From contig CAXXVK010000024.1 in assembly GCA_963676915.2 (NCBI GenBank), forward strand, positions 32,001 through 96,000: 64,000 bases of DNA, read 5' to 3'. The notes below the pieces were generated by a model, which had not been told where the DNA came from, ran no database searches, and saw nothing but the letters and a program-made list of their open reading frames with translations. Made by a program: the position numbers and the translations under genes. This document shows positions 1 to 9,566 of the stretch, one piece after another; the first letter of the stretch is position 1; each line of letters starts with the position of its first letter. This stretch comes from Myxococcota bacterium. GTDB taxonomy: Bacteria > Myxococcota_A > SURF-8 > G963663525.

Positions 1-1036
1 CACGTCCATTCTTGACGTTTTGGCTATCTCTGAAGCGATCCACCCAGGTCTGCATATTCGCGAAGAGGTAGAACGCCCCTTCCGGCAAACGGCAGGTAAC
101 GCCGTCGAGGGCATCGAGCCTGGCGTGCATCCGATCCCGACGCTGGGTATATTGCTGCAACCAGTCGTCGAAGAAGTCCTGCGGACCTTCCAACGCGGCC
201 AAGGTCGCGTGCTGGGCGATGCTCGTGGGATTGGACAACATCTGCCCTTGCAACTTGGCCATCGCCTTGATCCAGTCCTGCGGACCCAAGCCCCAACCGA
301 TACGCCAACCCGTCATGGCATAGGATTTCGACACCCCGTTGACCACCATGCAGCGTTCGAGGAGATCGGGCGCAACATCCACCGGCGAGGGACATTCCCG
401 CCCGTCATACACGAGACGGTCGTAAATTTCGTCACTGATTACATGGACTTGCGGATGTTTCCGCAACACGTCCATCAGTGCGGCCAACTCGTCCCGGTTC
501 ATCACTTTACCGGAAGGATTCGAGGGGCTGTTGAGGATCAGCAGCTTGGTTTTTTCGGTGATCCGTTCTTCCAACGCTTTCGGGTCGATGCCAAAATCTT
601 CGTTGCAAGGCACAAACACCGGCACGGCGCGATTCAAGCGCACCTGCTCGGGATAACTCACCCAGTACGGAAGCGGAATCAACACCTCGTCGCCGGGGTC
701 CAGAAGCGCTTGCATGGCAAGGAACAGCACCATCTTGGCTCCACCCGAAACCAACACCTGCCCCGGTTCGTACGACCATCCACGACGGCGCTTGGCTTCC
801 TGAACGATAGCCTCGCGCAAGTCAGGAATACCCACCGTCGCCGTGTACTTGGAATGTCCGGCCGCAAAAGCTTCGAACGCAGCTTTCCCGATAAATTCCG
901 GGGGGTTGAAGTCCGGCTCTCCGGCTGCGAAGGCATAGACTTTTTTCCCGGCGGCACGAAGAGAACGGGCTTTGTCGGTCACGGCGAGCGTCACCGAGGG
1001 CTGGATCTCATTCAACAACAGGCTGGTTTGAGTCAT
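1..1036 (-). CDS. PLP-dependent class I/II aminotransferase (aspartate aminotransferase-like), 3' end runs off window
   Basis: Not in ORF track. Manual translation from ATG at 1036: MTQTSLLLNEIQPSVTLAVTDKARSLRAAGKKVYAFAAGEPDFNPP...KYTATVGIPDLREAI, later DEIY and GVSKSYAMTGWRIG (PLP lysine motif). Confidence 0.93.
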   Translation of the reverse strand, partial: MTQTSLLLNEIQPSVTLAVTDKARSLRAAGKKVYAFAAGEPDFNPPEFIGKAAFEAFAAGHSKYTATVGIPDLREAIVQEAKRRRGWSYEPGQVLVSGGAKMVLFLAMQALLDPGDEVLIPLPYWVSYPEQVRLNRAVPVFVPCNEDFGIDPKALEERITEKTKLLILNSPSNPSGKVMNRDELAALMDVLRKHPQVHVISDEIYDRLVYDGRECPSPVDVAPDLLERCMVVNGVSKSYAMTGWRIGWGLGPQDWIKAMAKLQGQMLSNPTSIAQHATLAALEGPQDFFDDWLQQYTQRRDRMHARLDALDGVTCRLPEGAFYLFANMQTWVDRFRDSQNVKNGR

Positions 1037-1151
1037 GATATTCCTCGAATGGATATCGGGGCGGACGTGCTCGACGAATCACACCCCTACGGAAAACATG
1101 CTTTGATATGAAAAATTCGCGTTCATGGAAAAACGCGCAACCCATAGCAAT

Positions 1152-1655
1152 CTAAGGATTTTTTCGCCCGAACTTCCGGCGCAGTTCGCGTTTGACATTC
1201 TTCGGCACCAGCCCATCGACACAGCCGCCCAGAGAAGCCACTTCCTTGACCGTTTGCGAGCTGATGTAAAACTGCCCTTCCGCCGTCATCATGAACATCG
1301 TCTCGACTTTGGGGCTGAGCTTGCGGTTCATGCTGGCCATCTGGAATTCGTACTCGAAATCACTTACGGCGCGAAGTCCGCGAACAAGAGCGTCAGCCTG
1401 ACACTTCATCGCGTAATCAACGATAAGTCCGCTGAAATATTCGACTTTGATTCGCTCGCTTCCATCGATTTCCTGCTCGATGGCTTCGCGAATCATCGAG
1501 ACACGCTCTTCGGGACTGAACAGCGCTTGCTTTTTGGCGTTGATGGCCACCGCGATGTAGAGCGAATCGAAAATCTTCAAACTGCGTTCGATGATGTTCA
1601 GGTGGCCATTGGTGATCGGATCGAAACTTCCAGGATAAATCGCCAGTTTTGCCAT
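1152..1655 (-). CDS. coaD: Pantetheine-phosphate adenylyltransferase
   Basis: MAKLAIYPGSFDPITNGH, RGLRAVSDFEYE, ISSQTVKE; directly downstream of rsmD, the usual pairing. Confidence 0.97.
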   Translation of the reverse strand: MAKLAIYPGSFDPITNGHLNIIERSLKIFDSLYIAVAINAKKQALFSPEERVSMIREAIEQEIDGSERIKVEYFSGLIVDYAMKCQADALVRGLRAVSDFEYEFQMASMNRKLSPKVETMFMMTAEGQFYISSQTVKEVASLGGCVDGLVPKNVKRELRRKFGRKNP

Positions 1656-1672
1656 GGTCCTTTTGTTTCCGT

Positions 1673-2224
1673 TCAGCAACCGCGAGAAAGAATGCGAATG
1701 CTTGTGGTTCCGTACCTTCGTTCGGTGATGATTTCCCACGCCTCGGGAACTTTTAGTTTGGCTACGGACGATGACTCGGCCACCACCCGTCCCCGTGGTG
1801 CGAGTACGTCGGAGAGCAAACCAGGTTCCAACACCTCTGCAAGATAATTGGTTTTGTAAGGAGGATCAAGAAAAACCAAATCAAATCGAACCGATTCCTT
1901 TTTCAATCGGTTCAAAGCCCGAAGCGCAGGCATATTCGTTAGAGTCCAACCGTTTTCGATAGATAAGGTTTCAAGATTACTCCGCAATATTCGAGAGGTC
2001 GCCGAAGAGGATTCGACGAAATGCACGTTCGACGCTCCACGACTCAAGGCTTCGATCCCCAACCCGCCGGACCCGGCGAACAAGTCGAGCACCGACAGGT
2101 CGTCCAACGGTCCCAAAATGTTGAAAACCGCCTCTTTCACCCGGTCCGTCGTCGGGCGCACGCTCTCCCCGTTCGGCACCTGAAGCCTGCGTCCCCTGTA
2201 CTGTCCGGCAATAACCCGAGTCAT
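1673..2224 (-). CDS. rsmD: 16S rRNA m2G966 methyltransferase
   Basis: RVIAGQYRGRRL, RPTTDRVKEAVFN, LDLFAGSGGLGIEALSRGA, FLDPPY. Confidence 0.96.
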   Translation of the reverse strand: MTRVIAGQYRGRRLQVPNGESVRPTTDRVKEAVFNILGPLDDLSVLDLFAGSGGLGIEALSRGASNVHFVESSSATSRILRSNLETLSIENGWTLTNMPALRALNRLKKESVRFDLVFLDPPYKTNYLAEVLEPGLLSDVLAPRGRVVAESSSVAKLKVPEAWEIITERRYGTTSIRILSRGC

Positions 2225-2344
2225 GAGAAATCCTTAACAAAAACAGCCTGATTCGACCTATCACGTCCCACGGAAAGGGTCAAGAAGTACAGGGAAATCC
2301 TTTGGAAAATTCACGGAATGCCGAGCTTCACAGGTCGGATGTAC

Positions 2345-2379
2345 ACCGTAGGTTGGATAAAAATCATCGAACCTACGGT
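2345..2379. repeat. REP-like intergenic palindrome with GTAG motif
   Basis: accgtaggtt-ggataaaaatcatcg-aacctacggt, 10-bp perfect inverted repeat. Confidence 0.55.
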
Positions 2380-2652
2380 TTCTATTACGAATTCCCTACC
2401 GTTAAGGTTTTGTTAAATTTGATGGAGCAACCTGACCTCCAATAGAAAATAGTTGCACCATGATTGCCAAATGATGTAAAAATAAATGTAGACACATCCG
2501 GGGGTGAAAATTCGTTTTTCGCACCATCAAATTGTTCCTCGTTTTAGCAGAATCGTTGTTCTTATCCGCAAAGGGTAACGTCTCGGTGAGTGCGAACGGG
2601 CCGACAGGTTCCGAGCAAGCCGTATCCCTTCGCTTGAATCCCAAAAACCTGT

Positions 2653-4650
2653 ATGCCCACTTTTCACGTTTCGATCCGTAGCTTTCGAGGTAGTACCGTG
2701 AAAAAAAGGAAGCCGTCCCCATCGAACCACCATCGTCGTGCGCAAACTTCAAGCGCACACGGTTCGTCTTCCAGCGAAAAAAAACAGCAGGAGAAACACC
2801 TCACAACGTTCTTCAATACAATGAAATATTTCCTGATTTTTTTATCCACTCTTTCGATTGGCTTTTATTTTTACAAAAGAAACACCGCAGAGGTGGAACT
2901 GGCACCAACGAACCAACCTCCTCAAGTCCTGATGGAAACCAAGCTGCCGAAAATTCCACCAACCAATCAGCCGAAACCCCAAAAAAACATCTCGACAGCC
3001 TCGGTCCAACAACCTCCCCGGAACGGAGTTCCCGTTTCCACGTCCTCGGAGACAACATTACCACTGGTGGATAAAGTATCCCCACCGACCGTATCACCTA
3101 CGAACCAAGCGCCCGCTCCGAAACAGGTTTTCGATGTCGTAGCCAAACGTATAGACCGTCCAGGACATAACTCGTCCAGTTTCTTCAGCAACAAACAATC
3201 GCGAGTACGACCTGTCGCGCAGGCCTCTCCCTCAAGAACCAACGCTCAAAGGCGGACGATGCTCAGCGATCAGGAAATCCGCCGTCTTCCGGAAGAACAT
3301 GGTTCTCCACCAAAGCCCAACTTGAAAGAAAAAGCCATTTCCTACGATCTTTCACTGCCTGCGGCATCCTATGAATGGCCGTGCATCCATTCGGAAAACT
3401 GTCCGGGAACCGCACTTTGCGACTTCGCAACCGGCAACTGTGAACCGAGGATCTGGCAGAAAAGACCTGAAATTAACGATGACGCTCCCGAAAAACCGCA
3501 AATCAGCCTGGTAAAACCTCTGAGAGTGTCTCCCGGAGACTTTTTGCTAGTCGATGGCAACTCGGTCTACAAAAATGCACTCGATAAACAGTTGGTCTGG
3601 AAACGGGGAAAATGGGTTGTCCTCGACCAAATGATCATTCTTTCTCGCATTTTCATCGGCGATACGCCGATTCCCGAAGAAAACATCATCAATGCCGACG
3701 AAAACCGGCTCGCCATTAAAGTCGGTCCCGGAATGTCAGGTACGGTAAAAATCGTGGATGACGAACTCAACCTGACTGCGGAATATCCACATCCGGTCGA
3801 GCTTGTGTCCCGAAAACGTGTCGTTCAAAAATGCGCAGCGGATAACCCACCAGCCAGAGGAATCCCCGGAGCATCTCCCGACCTGCCCGGTCCTTTTGCG
3901 GCAGGATTCGTGGACGTTCACTCTCCCGATCCCTACACCCGCGTCTATTATCCGGCATCATGCGGCGGTATGCGCACCCCTCCCGTTTCGGGAGCATTTC
4001 CCGTGGTTTTCTTCCTCCACGGGAACGGGGCCAATCACATCAATTATGAATACCTGGCACACTTCCTGGCCAGTTGGGGTTTTCTTTGCGTCGTTCCGCA
4101 GGAAATCGATCCGGGAATTTTGCATCAGGTGCTAATGACCGCACTACGTGCTCCACAGAATTTCTGGTCTCCATTGCGAGGACATTCAGCGGGTGGCAAG
4201 GCTTTTGTCATTGCGCATTCGCGAGGCGGCGAACGCATGGAAAATCTGATTGTCGGCCCTTCCGCTTCCCGCTTCCTCGCCATCGTTAACCTGGCTCCGT
4301 ACCGTCCACTTAAAGTCTTGTCGATACCCAGTATGTATTTTGCCTCCAGCGGAGACCGGCAAGCGTTTTCGGATAGTCTCTACATCCAGTGGTCCAAACA
4401 GCCTTCTCCCACGTATTTTCTCTTTCTCCACGGCGGAAATCACAGTCAGTTCACCGATACACGACATTGGGAAAAATACGAAGACCAGGACGCGATCCCC
4501 TTCATGCCAAGAAAGCGCCAACATAGCCTCGTACAAGCCTATACCCTTGCCTTTTTCAACAGCCTCTTACCCGAGCCGGGTTCGCGCCCCTACGTTGAGC
4601 TTCTCGATGGAATGAACATGCCCAACGACATCATTCTGGAAAGTCGATAA
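2653..4650 (+). CDS. Membrane-anchored protein with Pro-rich stalk, small Cys module, Ig/IPT-like segment and C-terminal alpha/beta hydrolase (chlorophyllase/cutinase-like)
   Basis: TM YFLIFLSTLSIGFYF; FPVVFFLHGNG, YEYLAHFLASWGF, AHSRGG nucleophile elbow, GGNHSQF; start codon uncertain. Confidence 0.75.
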   Translation: MPTFHVSIRSFRGSTVKKRKPSPSNHHRRAQTSSAHGSSSSEKKQQEKHLTTFFNTMKYFLIFLSTLSIGFYFYKRNTAEVELAPTNQPPQVLMETKLPKIPPTNQPKPQKNISTASVQQPPRNGVPVSTSSETTLPLVDKVSPPTVSPTNQAPAPKQVFDVVAKRIDRPGHNSSSFFSNKQSRVRPVAQASPSRTNAQRRTMLSDQEIRRLPEEHGSPPKPNLKEKAISYDLSLPAASYEWPCIHSENCPGTALCDFATGNCEPRIWQKRPEINDDAPEKPQISLVKPLRVSPGDFLLVDGNSVYKNALDKQLVWKRGKWVVLDQMIILSRIFIGDTPIPEENIINADENRLAIKVGPGMSGTVKIVDDELNLTAEYPHPVELVSRKRVVQKCAADNPPARGIPGASPDLPGPFAAGFVDVHSPDPYTRVYYPASCGGMRTPPVSGAFPVVFFLHGNGANHINYEYLAHFLASWGFLCVVPQEIDPGILHQVLMTALRAPQNFWSPLRGHSAGGKAFVIAHSRGGERMENLIVGPSASRFLAIVNLAPYRPLKVLSIPSMYFASSGDRQAFSDSLYIQWSKQPSPTYFLFLHGGNHSQFTDTRHWEKYEDQDAIPFMPRKRQHSLVQAYTLAFFNSLLPEPGSRPYVELLDGMNMPNDIILESR

Positions 4651-4659
4651 CACTCCGAA

Positions 4660-4696
4660 AACACAAAAAGCCGTGAAATTCACGGCTTTTTGTGTT
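4660..4696. terminator. Bidirectional intrinsic terminator
   Basis: aacacaaaaagccgtgaa-a-ttcacggctttttgtgtt between convergent genes. Confidence 0.85.
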
Positions 4697-4714
4697 GTTT
4701 TCTATTGGGTCGGA

Positions 4715-6160
4715 TCAGTCGAGATCCAAAGACACTTCATCGTGGAAGCGTCCGAGATGTTCGCCCAATTTCTGGCTGAGGAAGGACAGCACGTTCAGTT
4801 CTTCCTGCGCCCAGTAATTGTTGCCTTTTTTGTTGATCAGTTCCAACGCGCCGAGGGTCCGTTCACCATACGTGAGTGGGATACAGAGCAATGAACGAGT
4901 CTGGAAGCCCGTTTTCTCGTCGGCGGTCCGGTAGAAGTTGGAATTGCTCGCTACGTCGGAAACGGCAACCGGCACGCCCAACTGCACGCTCATGCCAACG
5001 ATACCTTTTCCACGCGGAATACGAATCTGCTTGATTTCTTCAGAAACCGGACCATTGGCGGCGGCAAAGTAGAGGTCGGCCAGCGCGCTGTTGACATCCG
5101 ACAGGATCACTGAAGCGGCTTCGGCTTCCACAACTTTTCCCGCCAGTTTCAAAATGAAGTGAACGGCTTCGTCTTCGTCCATGTCGTAGATGTCCATCGT
5201 TTCCATGAACATGTCCGACAGCATGGAATCGACGCTCCAGGTCACCGAGGCATGAGGTTCTTCCTCTTCCTCGATCGGAACTTCATCCGTGTACATCACT
5301 TCGAGTTCTTCGGCGACGCCCTCAGCGTTTTCTTCGGCCTGGGTACGCAACTGTTTTTCACGCCGTTGTTTTTCGGCAAGTTCCTTTTCGGCCTTGGCAC
5401 GCTCCATCGCGGCCTGAGCGGCTTTTTGCCGGGCGGCGATTTCTTCTTTCGTGGCCTTTGGCGTGGGAGCCTTGGCTTCCGGTTCGGGAGCAGGAGCTTT
5501 GGCCACAGGTTTGACGGCAGCCGGTTTTTCCAGAACGGCACTTTCACGCACGGCCTGGGACATCACCTCCTCGGCGGCTCTGGCAGCGGCGAGTTTGGCG
5601 GCCTGCATGATCTGTTCCTGATTGAGACCACGCTTCTTGGCGATGACGGCGGCATGCTTGGCAGCTTCCTGAGCGGCGTTGTTGGCTTTCTGCTGCAAAT
5701 CGCCCGTGGCTTGTTCCGCCACTTGCTGCGTGGCCGGATCGACGGCCTTGAAGGTCGTCCCGCTCTGACGGCGAACCGCTTCTTCAGCGGCCTGCTGCTC
5801 GGCGATACGAGCGTTCAGTTCTTTTTGTGCTTGTTGACGCTGCTTGGCGGCAAGTTCGGCTTGGGCGCGGATTTCTTCCTGCTGGCGCGCCATTTCCTCT
5901 TGTTTTTTGGGATCGACGGCCTGAGCTTCACCCTCGATTTCACGAATCCGGAACATCCGACGAGCGGTGGGATCTTTGACCAGCACGGTGCCATCCGGAC
6001 GGTTTTCACACAAAACCTGGTTGAAGTTGTCACCCTGTTCCCCTGCCTGACGCAGGCCGGTGCGCAGTGCGAGCAACCAACTGGAGGCATTGACCTTGAC
6101 CAGCTTGGCTTTATTGTCGGTTCCCGGTTTTCCAGGAATGAAAACTTCGAACAAAGGCAT
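4715..6160 (-). CDS. GAF-domain protein with N-terminal globular domain and Ala/Gln/Glu coiled-coil linker
   Basis: C-terminal GAF: LYFAAANG...GKGIVG...DVASNSNFYRTADEKTGFQTRSLLCIPL...GALELINK; AGGAGG RBS. Confidence 0.85.
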   Translation of the reverse strand: MPLFEVFIPGKPGTDNKAKLVKVNASSWLLALRTGLRQAGEQGDNFNQVLCENRPDGTVLVKDPTARRMFRIREIEGEAQAVDPKKQEEMARQQEEIRAQAELAAKQRQQAQKELNARIAEQQAAEEAVRRQSGTTFKAVDPATQQVAEQATGDLQQKANNAAQEAAKHAAVIAKKRGLNQEQIMQAAKLAAARAAEEVMSQAVRESAVLEKPAAVKPVAKAPAPEPEAKAPTPKATKEEIAARQKAAQAAMERAKAEKELAEKQRREKQLRTQAEENAEGVAEELEVMYTDEVPIEEEEEPHASVTWSVDSMLSDMFMETMDIYDMDEDEAVHFILKLAGKVVEAEAASVILSDVNSALADLYFAAANGPVSEEIKQIRIPRGKGIVGMSVQLGVPVAVSDVASNSNFYRTADEKTGFQTRSLLCIPLTYGERTLGALELINKKGNNYWAQEELNVLSFLSQKLGEHLGRFHDEVSLDLD

Positions 6161-6322
6161 GGTTTCCTCCTAAACAAGGATAGGCATCGGAAATGAAACA
6201 TGTTTCTTGAAGTTGTATCAAAAAGGGGCTAGTGAAGTCAACACAATGGCGATTTGTCTATCAAATCCATGTATGAAACCAAGTGGGATGAATCGTTTTC
6301 TTTCAGACCTGAAAACGGAGTT

Positions 6323-7588
6323 TTAAAAATAAACTCTCGTGAGAAACGAGACACTCGCCGGATAGCTGCCGTATTCGGAACCCAGTTCGGGAAGGCTTTG
6401 CTGTCCCAGAATGGGGTACCCGAGGTACATTTTTTTCATTTCGGCGCGTCGTCCCAAGGGTATGGCTCCTGTGACGATGACATCCACCTCATCGGCGGCA
6501 TTGTAGGTCAACGCCGGGGATACGTAGGCGCTCGGGTCGGTCAGGTTGGCTAGAATCGCGGCTTGCAGCGTCAGAACGGGCAGAGCTTCTCCGCTCAGTA
6601 AAATCCCCAGATAATGTTGCCCAAGGTAAGGATCGCTGGAGGCGTCCATGGTCTGGATGACCTGTAAGTAACGGGAATTATTGGTTTCTCCGTTGCCGTG
6701 GTAATAGTATTCCACCATCAGGTGCAAGGTGTTTTCCCACCGATGATCGAAGCCCCCGGCTACCTGTACATAGATGTCTTCATCCGTTTCGGGAAACGAA
6801 ACGTTGCCCTCCATTCTAAGGCCAAGTTTCCACAATTCGCCCGAGATCGCCGCTCCGGCAAGGTATCGTTTTTGACACTTGCCGCCCAGCAGTGACCAGT
6901 CGAACTCCTGCCAGTTGGTGCTTGCCCGTGCAAGCGCCGCGCTTTCCTTCCAATCGGGTCGGTTATCCGAGTCGTAGCCCATTGCGGAAAGAACAGTGAT
7001 TTTAGAGAGTTGTCCGATGCGTCCATCCAGGCGGACGGCATCCACACCGGGTCGAAAGGCCGTATCCATCTCACCGGCAGAGAAGGGGTGAAAGACATCG
7101 TTGGGTGTGAAAATGAAGTTGGTTCCCAAGCCGATCGGCTGGCGACCAAGGGTCAGATCCACCGGCCCTATGTACGCCATCATCGAGAGGCGATCCACCG
7201 CTAACGGAGCCGACACGTCGCGACTGCCCCAGTTGTAGTCTATATAAGTAGTTCGATAATCTCTCGGCGTGCTGCTGGAAAACATCGCCGAACGAGAGCT
7301 TTGCGTGCGAAAGTTCTGGTAAACGTTGAGATCGAAGCGCAGGTGCTCTCCTGCCATAGCTTCGGCCAGCCATCGCAACGACGTTCCACCCTGTCCGTGG
7401 GTTTTGTCGGGAAACAGAAGGTCCGGTCCCTGATAGCGCGAGTACATGCCCGACAGATCCACCGCACCTCGCATGACGAGGTATCCGTTGTCTCCTTCGA
7501 TTTCGGAAAAAGACCACAGTGAAGCGACGGGCCAAAGCCACATCACGAACAGAAACCCGAGGACTTGAGACCGGACGGAACATTGCAT
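6323..7588 (-). CDS. Putative outer-membrane beta-barrel protein
   Basis: Signal peptide, LTLGRQPIGLG and PGVDAVRL motifs, C-terminal TRVYF aromatic; last gene of the ABC/LolA-like operon. Confidence 0.7.
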   Translation of the reverse strand: MQCSVRSQVLGFLFVMWLWPVASLWSFSEIEGDNGYLVMRGAVDLSGMYSRYQGPDLLFPDKTHGQGGTSLRWLAEAMAGEHLRFDLNVYQNFRTQSSRSAMFSSSTPRDYRTTYIDYNWGSRDVSAPLAVDRLSMMAYIGPVDLTLGRQPIGLGTNFIFTPNDVFHPFSAGEMDTAFRPGVDAVRLDGRIGQLSKITVLSAMGYDSDNRPDWKESAALARASTNWQEFDWSLLGGKCQKRYLAGAAISGELWKLGLRMEGNVSFPETDEDIYVQVAGGFDHRWENTLHLMVEYYYHGNGETNNSRYLQVIQTMDASSDPYLGQHYLGILLSGEALPVLTLQAAILANLTDPSAYVSPALTYNAADEVDVIVTGAIPLGRRAEMKKMYLGYPILGQQSLPELGSEYGSYPASVSFLTRVYF

Positions 7589-7590
7589 GA

Positions 7591-8289
7591 TCAGACCTCG
7601 CTTTTGACTTCGTCCTCTACCACAACGCCGTCTCTTAAGGTAATTACCCGCTTGGCGCGTTCCATCACGCGGGGGTCGTGTGTGGAAAACAGGAAGGTGA
7701 CGCCGCGTTCCTCGTTGAGACGCTGCATGAGCGTCAACAGCGCATCGGCGGTTTTCGAATCGACGTTCGCCGTCGGTTCGTCCGCGAGGATCAGCGCCGG
7801 TTCCGAAACGACGGCCCGCGCAATGGCGACGCGCTGCTGCTGTCCGCCGGAAAGCTGGTTGGGGCGACGGTCGAGCTTGTCTCCGATGCCGACTTCTTCG
7901 AGAATCGCCTCTACCTTGCGGCGGCGTTCCTCTGGCGGAACGCCCTGAAGCATCAACACGAACTCGGCGTTCTCGTAAGCGGTCAGAACCGGAATCAGGT
8001 TGTACGCCTGGAAAATGAAACCGATATGTTCCAGACGAATGCGACTTTGCTCGGTTTTGCTCAACTCCGCCAGATTTTGGCCATTGACTTTGACGCTCCC
8101 TTCGGAGGGAACGTCCAGTGCGCCGATCATGTTGAGCGCTGTGGTTTTTCCTGAGCCGGACGGTCCGCTGATGGCGGTGAATTCACCTTTGCCGATCGTC
8201 AAATTCAAGCCTCTGAGAGCGTGAACGTCGATTCCGCCCTGGGGATAGATTTTCTCGACATTTTCCATTTCTACGATGGGGTGGTCCAT
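7591..8289 (-). CDS. ABC transporter ATP-binding protein (LolD/MacB family)
   Basis: GPSGSGKT, LSGGQQQRVAIARA, ILADEPT, STHD. Confidence 0.95.
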   Translation of the reverse strand: MDHPIVEMENVEKIYPQGGIDVHALRGLNLTIGKGEFTAISGPSGSGKTTALNMIGALDVPSEGSVKVNGQNLAELSKTEQSRIRLEHIGFIFQAYNLIPVLTAYENAEFVLMLQGVPPEERRRKVEAILEEVGIGDKLDRRPNQLSGGQQQRVAIARAVVSEPALILADEPTANVDSKTADALLTLMQRLNEERGVTFLFSTHDPRVMERAKRVITLRDGVVVEDEVKSEV

Positions 8290-8317
8290 GTCTTCCTCCT
8301 GATTTCCTTATGTTTTC

Positions 8318-9550
8318 CTATATCGTTTGAATCGCTTTGAGGGCACGGGTCTTCGTGGCGATGTACGCCGGGTATAGTCCCGCCAGCATGATCAGCACGA
8401 ACACGCCGCCTAGAATGATGATCAGGTGTTCCGGGTACATCATGGCTCGAATCACGGGATCCCAGACGATGTTACCCATGGTGAAATCTTCTTTCATGTA
8501 GGCGGTCAGGTCGAACCCTGTGGTGTGCAGGTAGCCGTACACGGGCATTGAAACGGCCAGTCCGAGAATCAGCCCCAGAATCGCAAGCATCAGTGTTTCC
8601 GCCATGACCAGCAAGCCCAGTCTTCGAGGACTGATGCCGATGGCCAGCATGATGCCGAACTCCCGAAAACGCTCCAGAACGCTCATTAAAACGGTGTTGA
8701 GAATTCCCGCACCGATCAAAATGAAAATAATGATCTGCATGACATAGTTGGAACTTCGGTCCATGGCGATCGAACCCGCAAGATCGGGCATGGTCTGGTA
8801 CCATGCAGAAGCGGTGCCCTTCTGATATTTCGCTTTTTCGGAGAAAAATGCCGCCAGGTCGGTAGAGTTCCGTTGATCGTCGATTTGTACGGCTACCTGT
8901 GTGGCTTCCCGTTCTTCGTATCCGAGAAGTTTACGTACCCAATCGATGGGGACGACGACCATGGAGCGGTCCACGATGGGAACCGAGGTTTTGAAAATTC
9001 CGCGAACCCTCAGCAGACCGGAAACCACTTCGCCGTTTTTGTCCGTGGCGGTGAACACGATTTTCGACTTGAGGCGCACATCGAGTTGATCGGCCATTTT
9101 GCGTCCGATCAGCACGCCTTTTTCCGTCGTGTTTTCAAGCGGTTTTCCTTCAACGAGATGATCGAGCAAAAACAGGTCGCCGGTTTCGTTCGCCGGATCG
9201 ATACCGAAAAACGACGCACCCACGGTTTCGCTGGCGGTTGCCGCCATCGCTTGCCCGACAACGCGGATTTTCACCTTTTTGACGCCTTCGGTTTTCGTTG
9301 CAAGATCGGCGAGGGTTTGGGCGTCGGGCAGGGTCTTTTTTAGAGACGGAGCATCCCGGTAGCCTTCGGGTTCGATGGTTACGTGGCCGCCGTTCATTTT
9401 CGCAGCGGTATTGATGCCGCCCACGTAGCTGCCTTCGGCAAAGGTCGTGAAAGTAATGGAGAGCAGCAGACCGAAAGCAATGGAGATCAGCGTAATGATC
9501 GACCGCCTGCGGTTGCGCCAGAGGTTGCGCCAGGCCATTTTCCAGATCAT
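8318..9550 (-). CDS. ABC permease, FtsX/LolC/E family
   Basis: AWRNLWRNRRRS, ILNTVLMSVLERFREFGIMLAIG, GLYPA. Confidence 0.93.
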   Translation of the reverse strand: MIWKMAWRNLWRNRRRSIITLISIAFGLLLSITFTTFAEGSYVGGINTAAKMNGGHVTIEPEGYRDAPSLKKTLPDAQTLADLATKTEGVKKVKIRVVGQAMAATASETVGASFFGIDPANETGDLFLLDHLVEGKPLENTTEKGVLIGRKMADQLDVRLKSKIVFTATDKNGEVVSGLLRVRGIFKTSVPIVDRSMVVVPIDWVRKLLGYEEREATQVAVQIDDQRNSTDLAAFFSEKAKYQKGTASAWYQTMPDLAGSIAMDRSSNYVMQIIIFILIGAGILNTVLMSVLERFREFGIMLAIGISPRRLGLLVMAETLMLAILGLILGLAVSMPVYGYLHTTGFDLTAYMKEDFTMGNIVWDPVIRAMMYPEHLIIILGGVFVLIMLAGLYPAYIATKTRALKAIQTI

Positions 9551-9566
9551 GAGACGTTCTCCTTGG

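Noticed and set aside
20-1111. 363-aa + strand ORF in the track
   Set aside because: Antisense shadow of the minus-strand aminotransferase, which has clear family motifs
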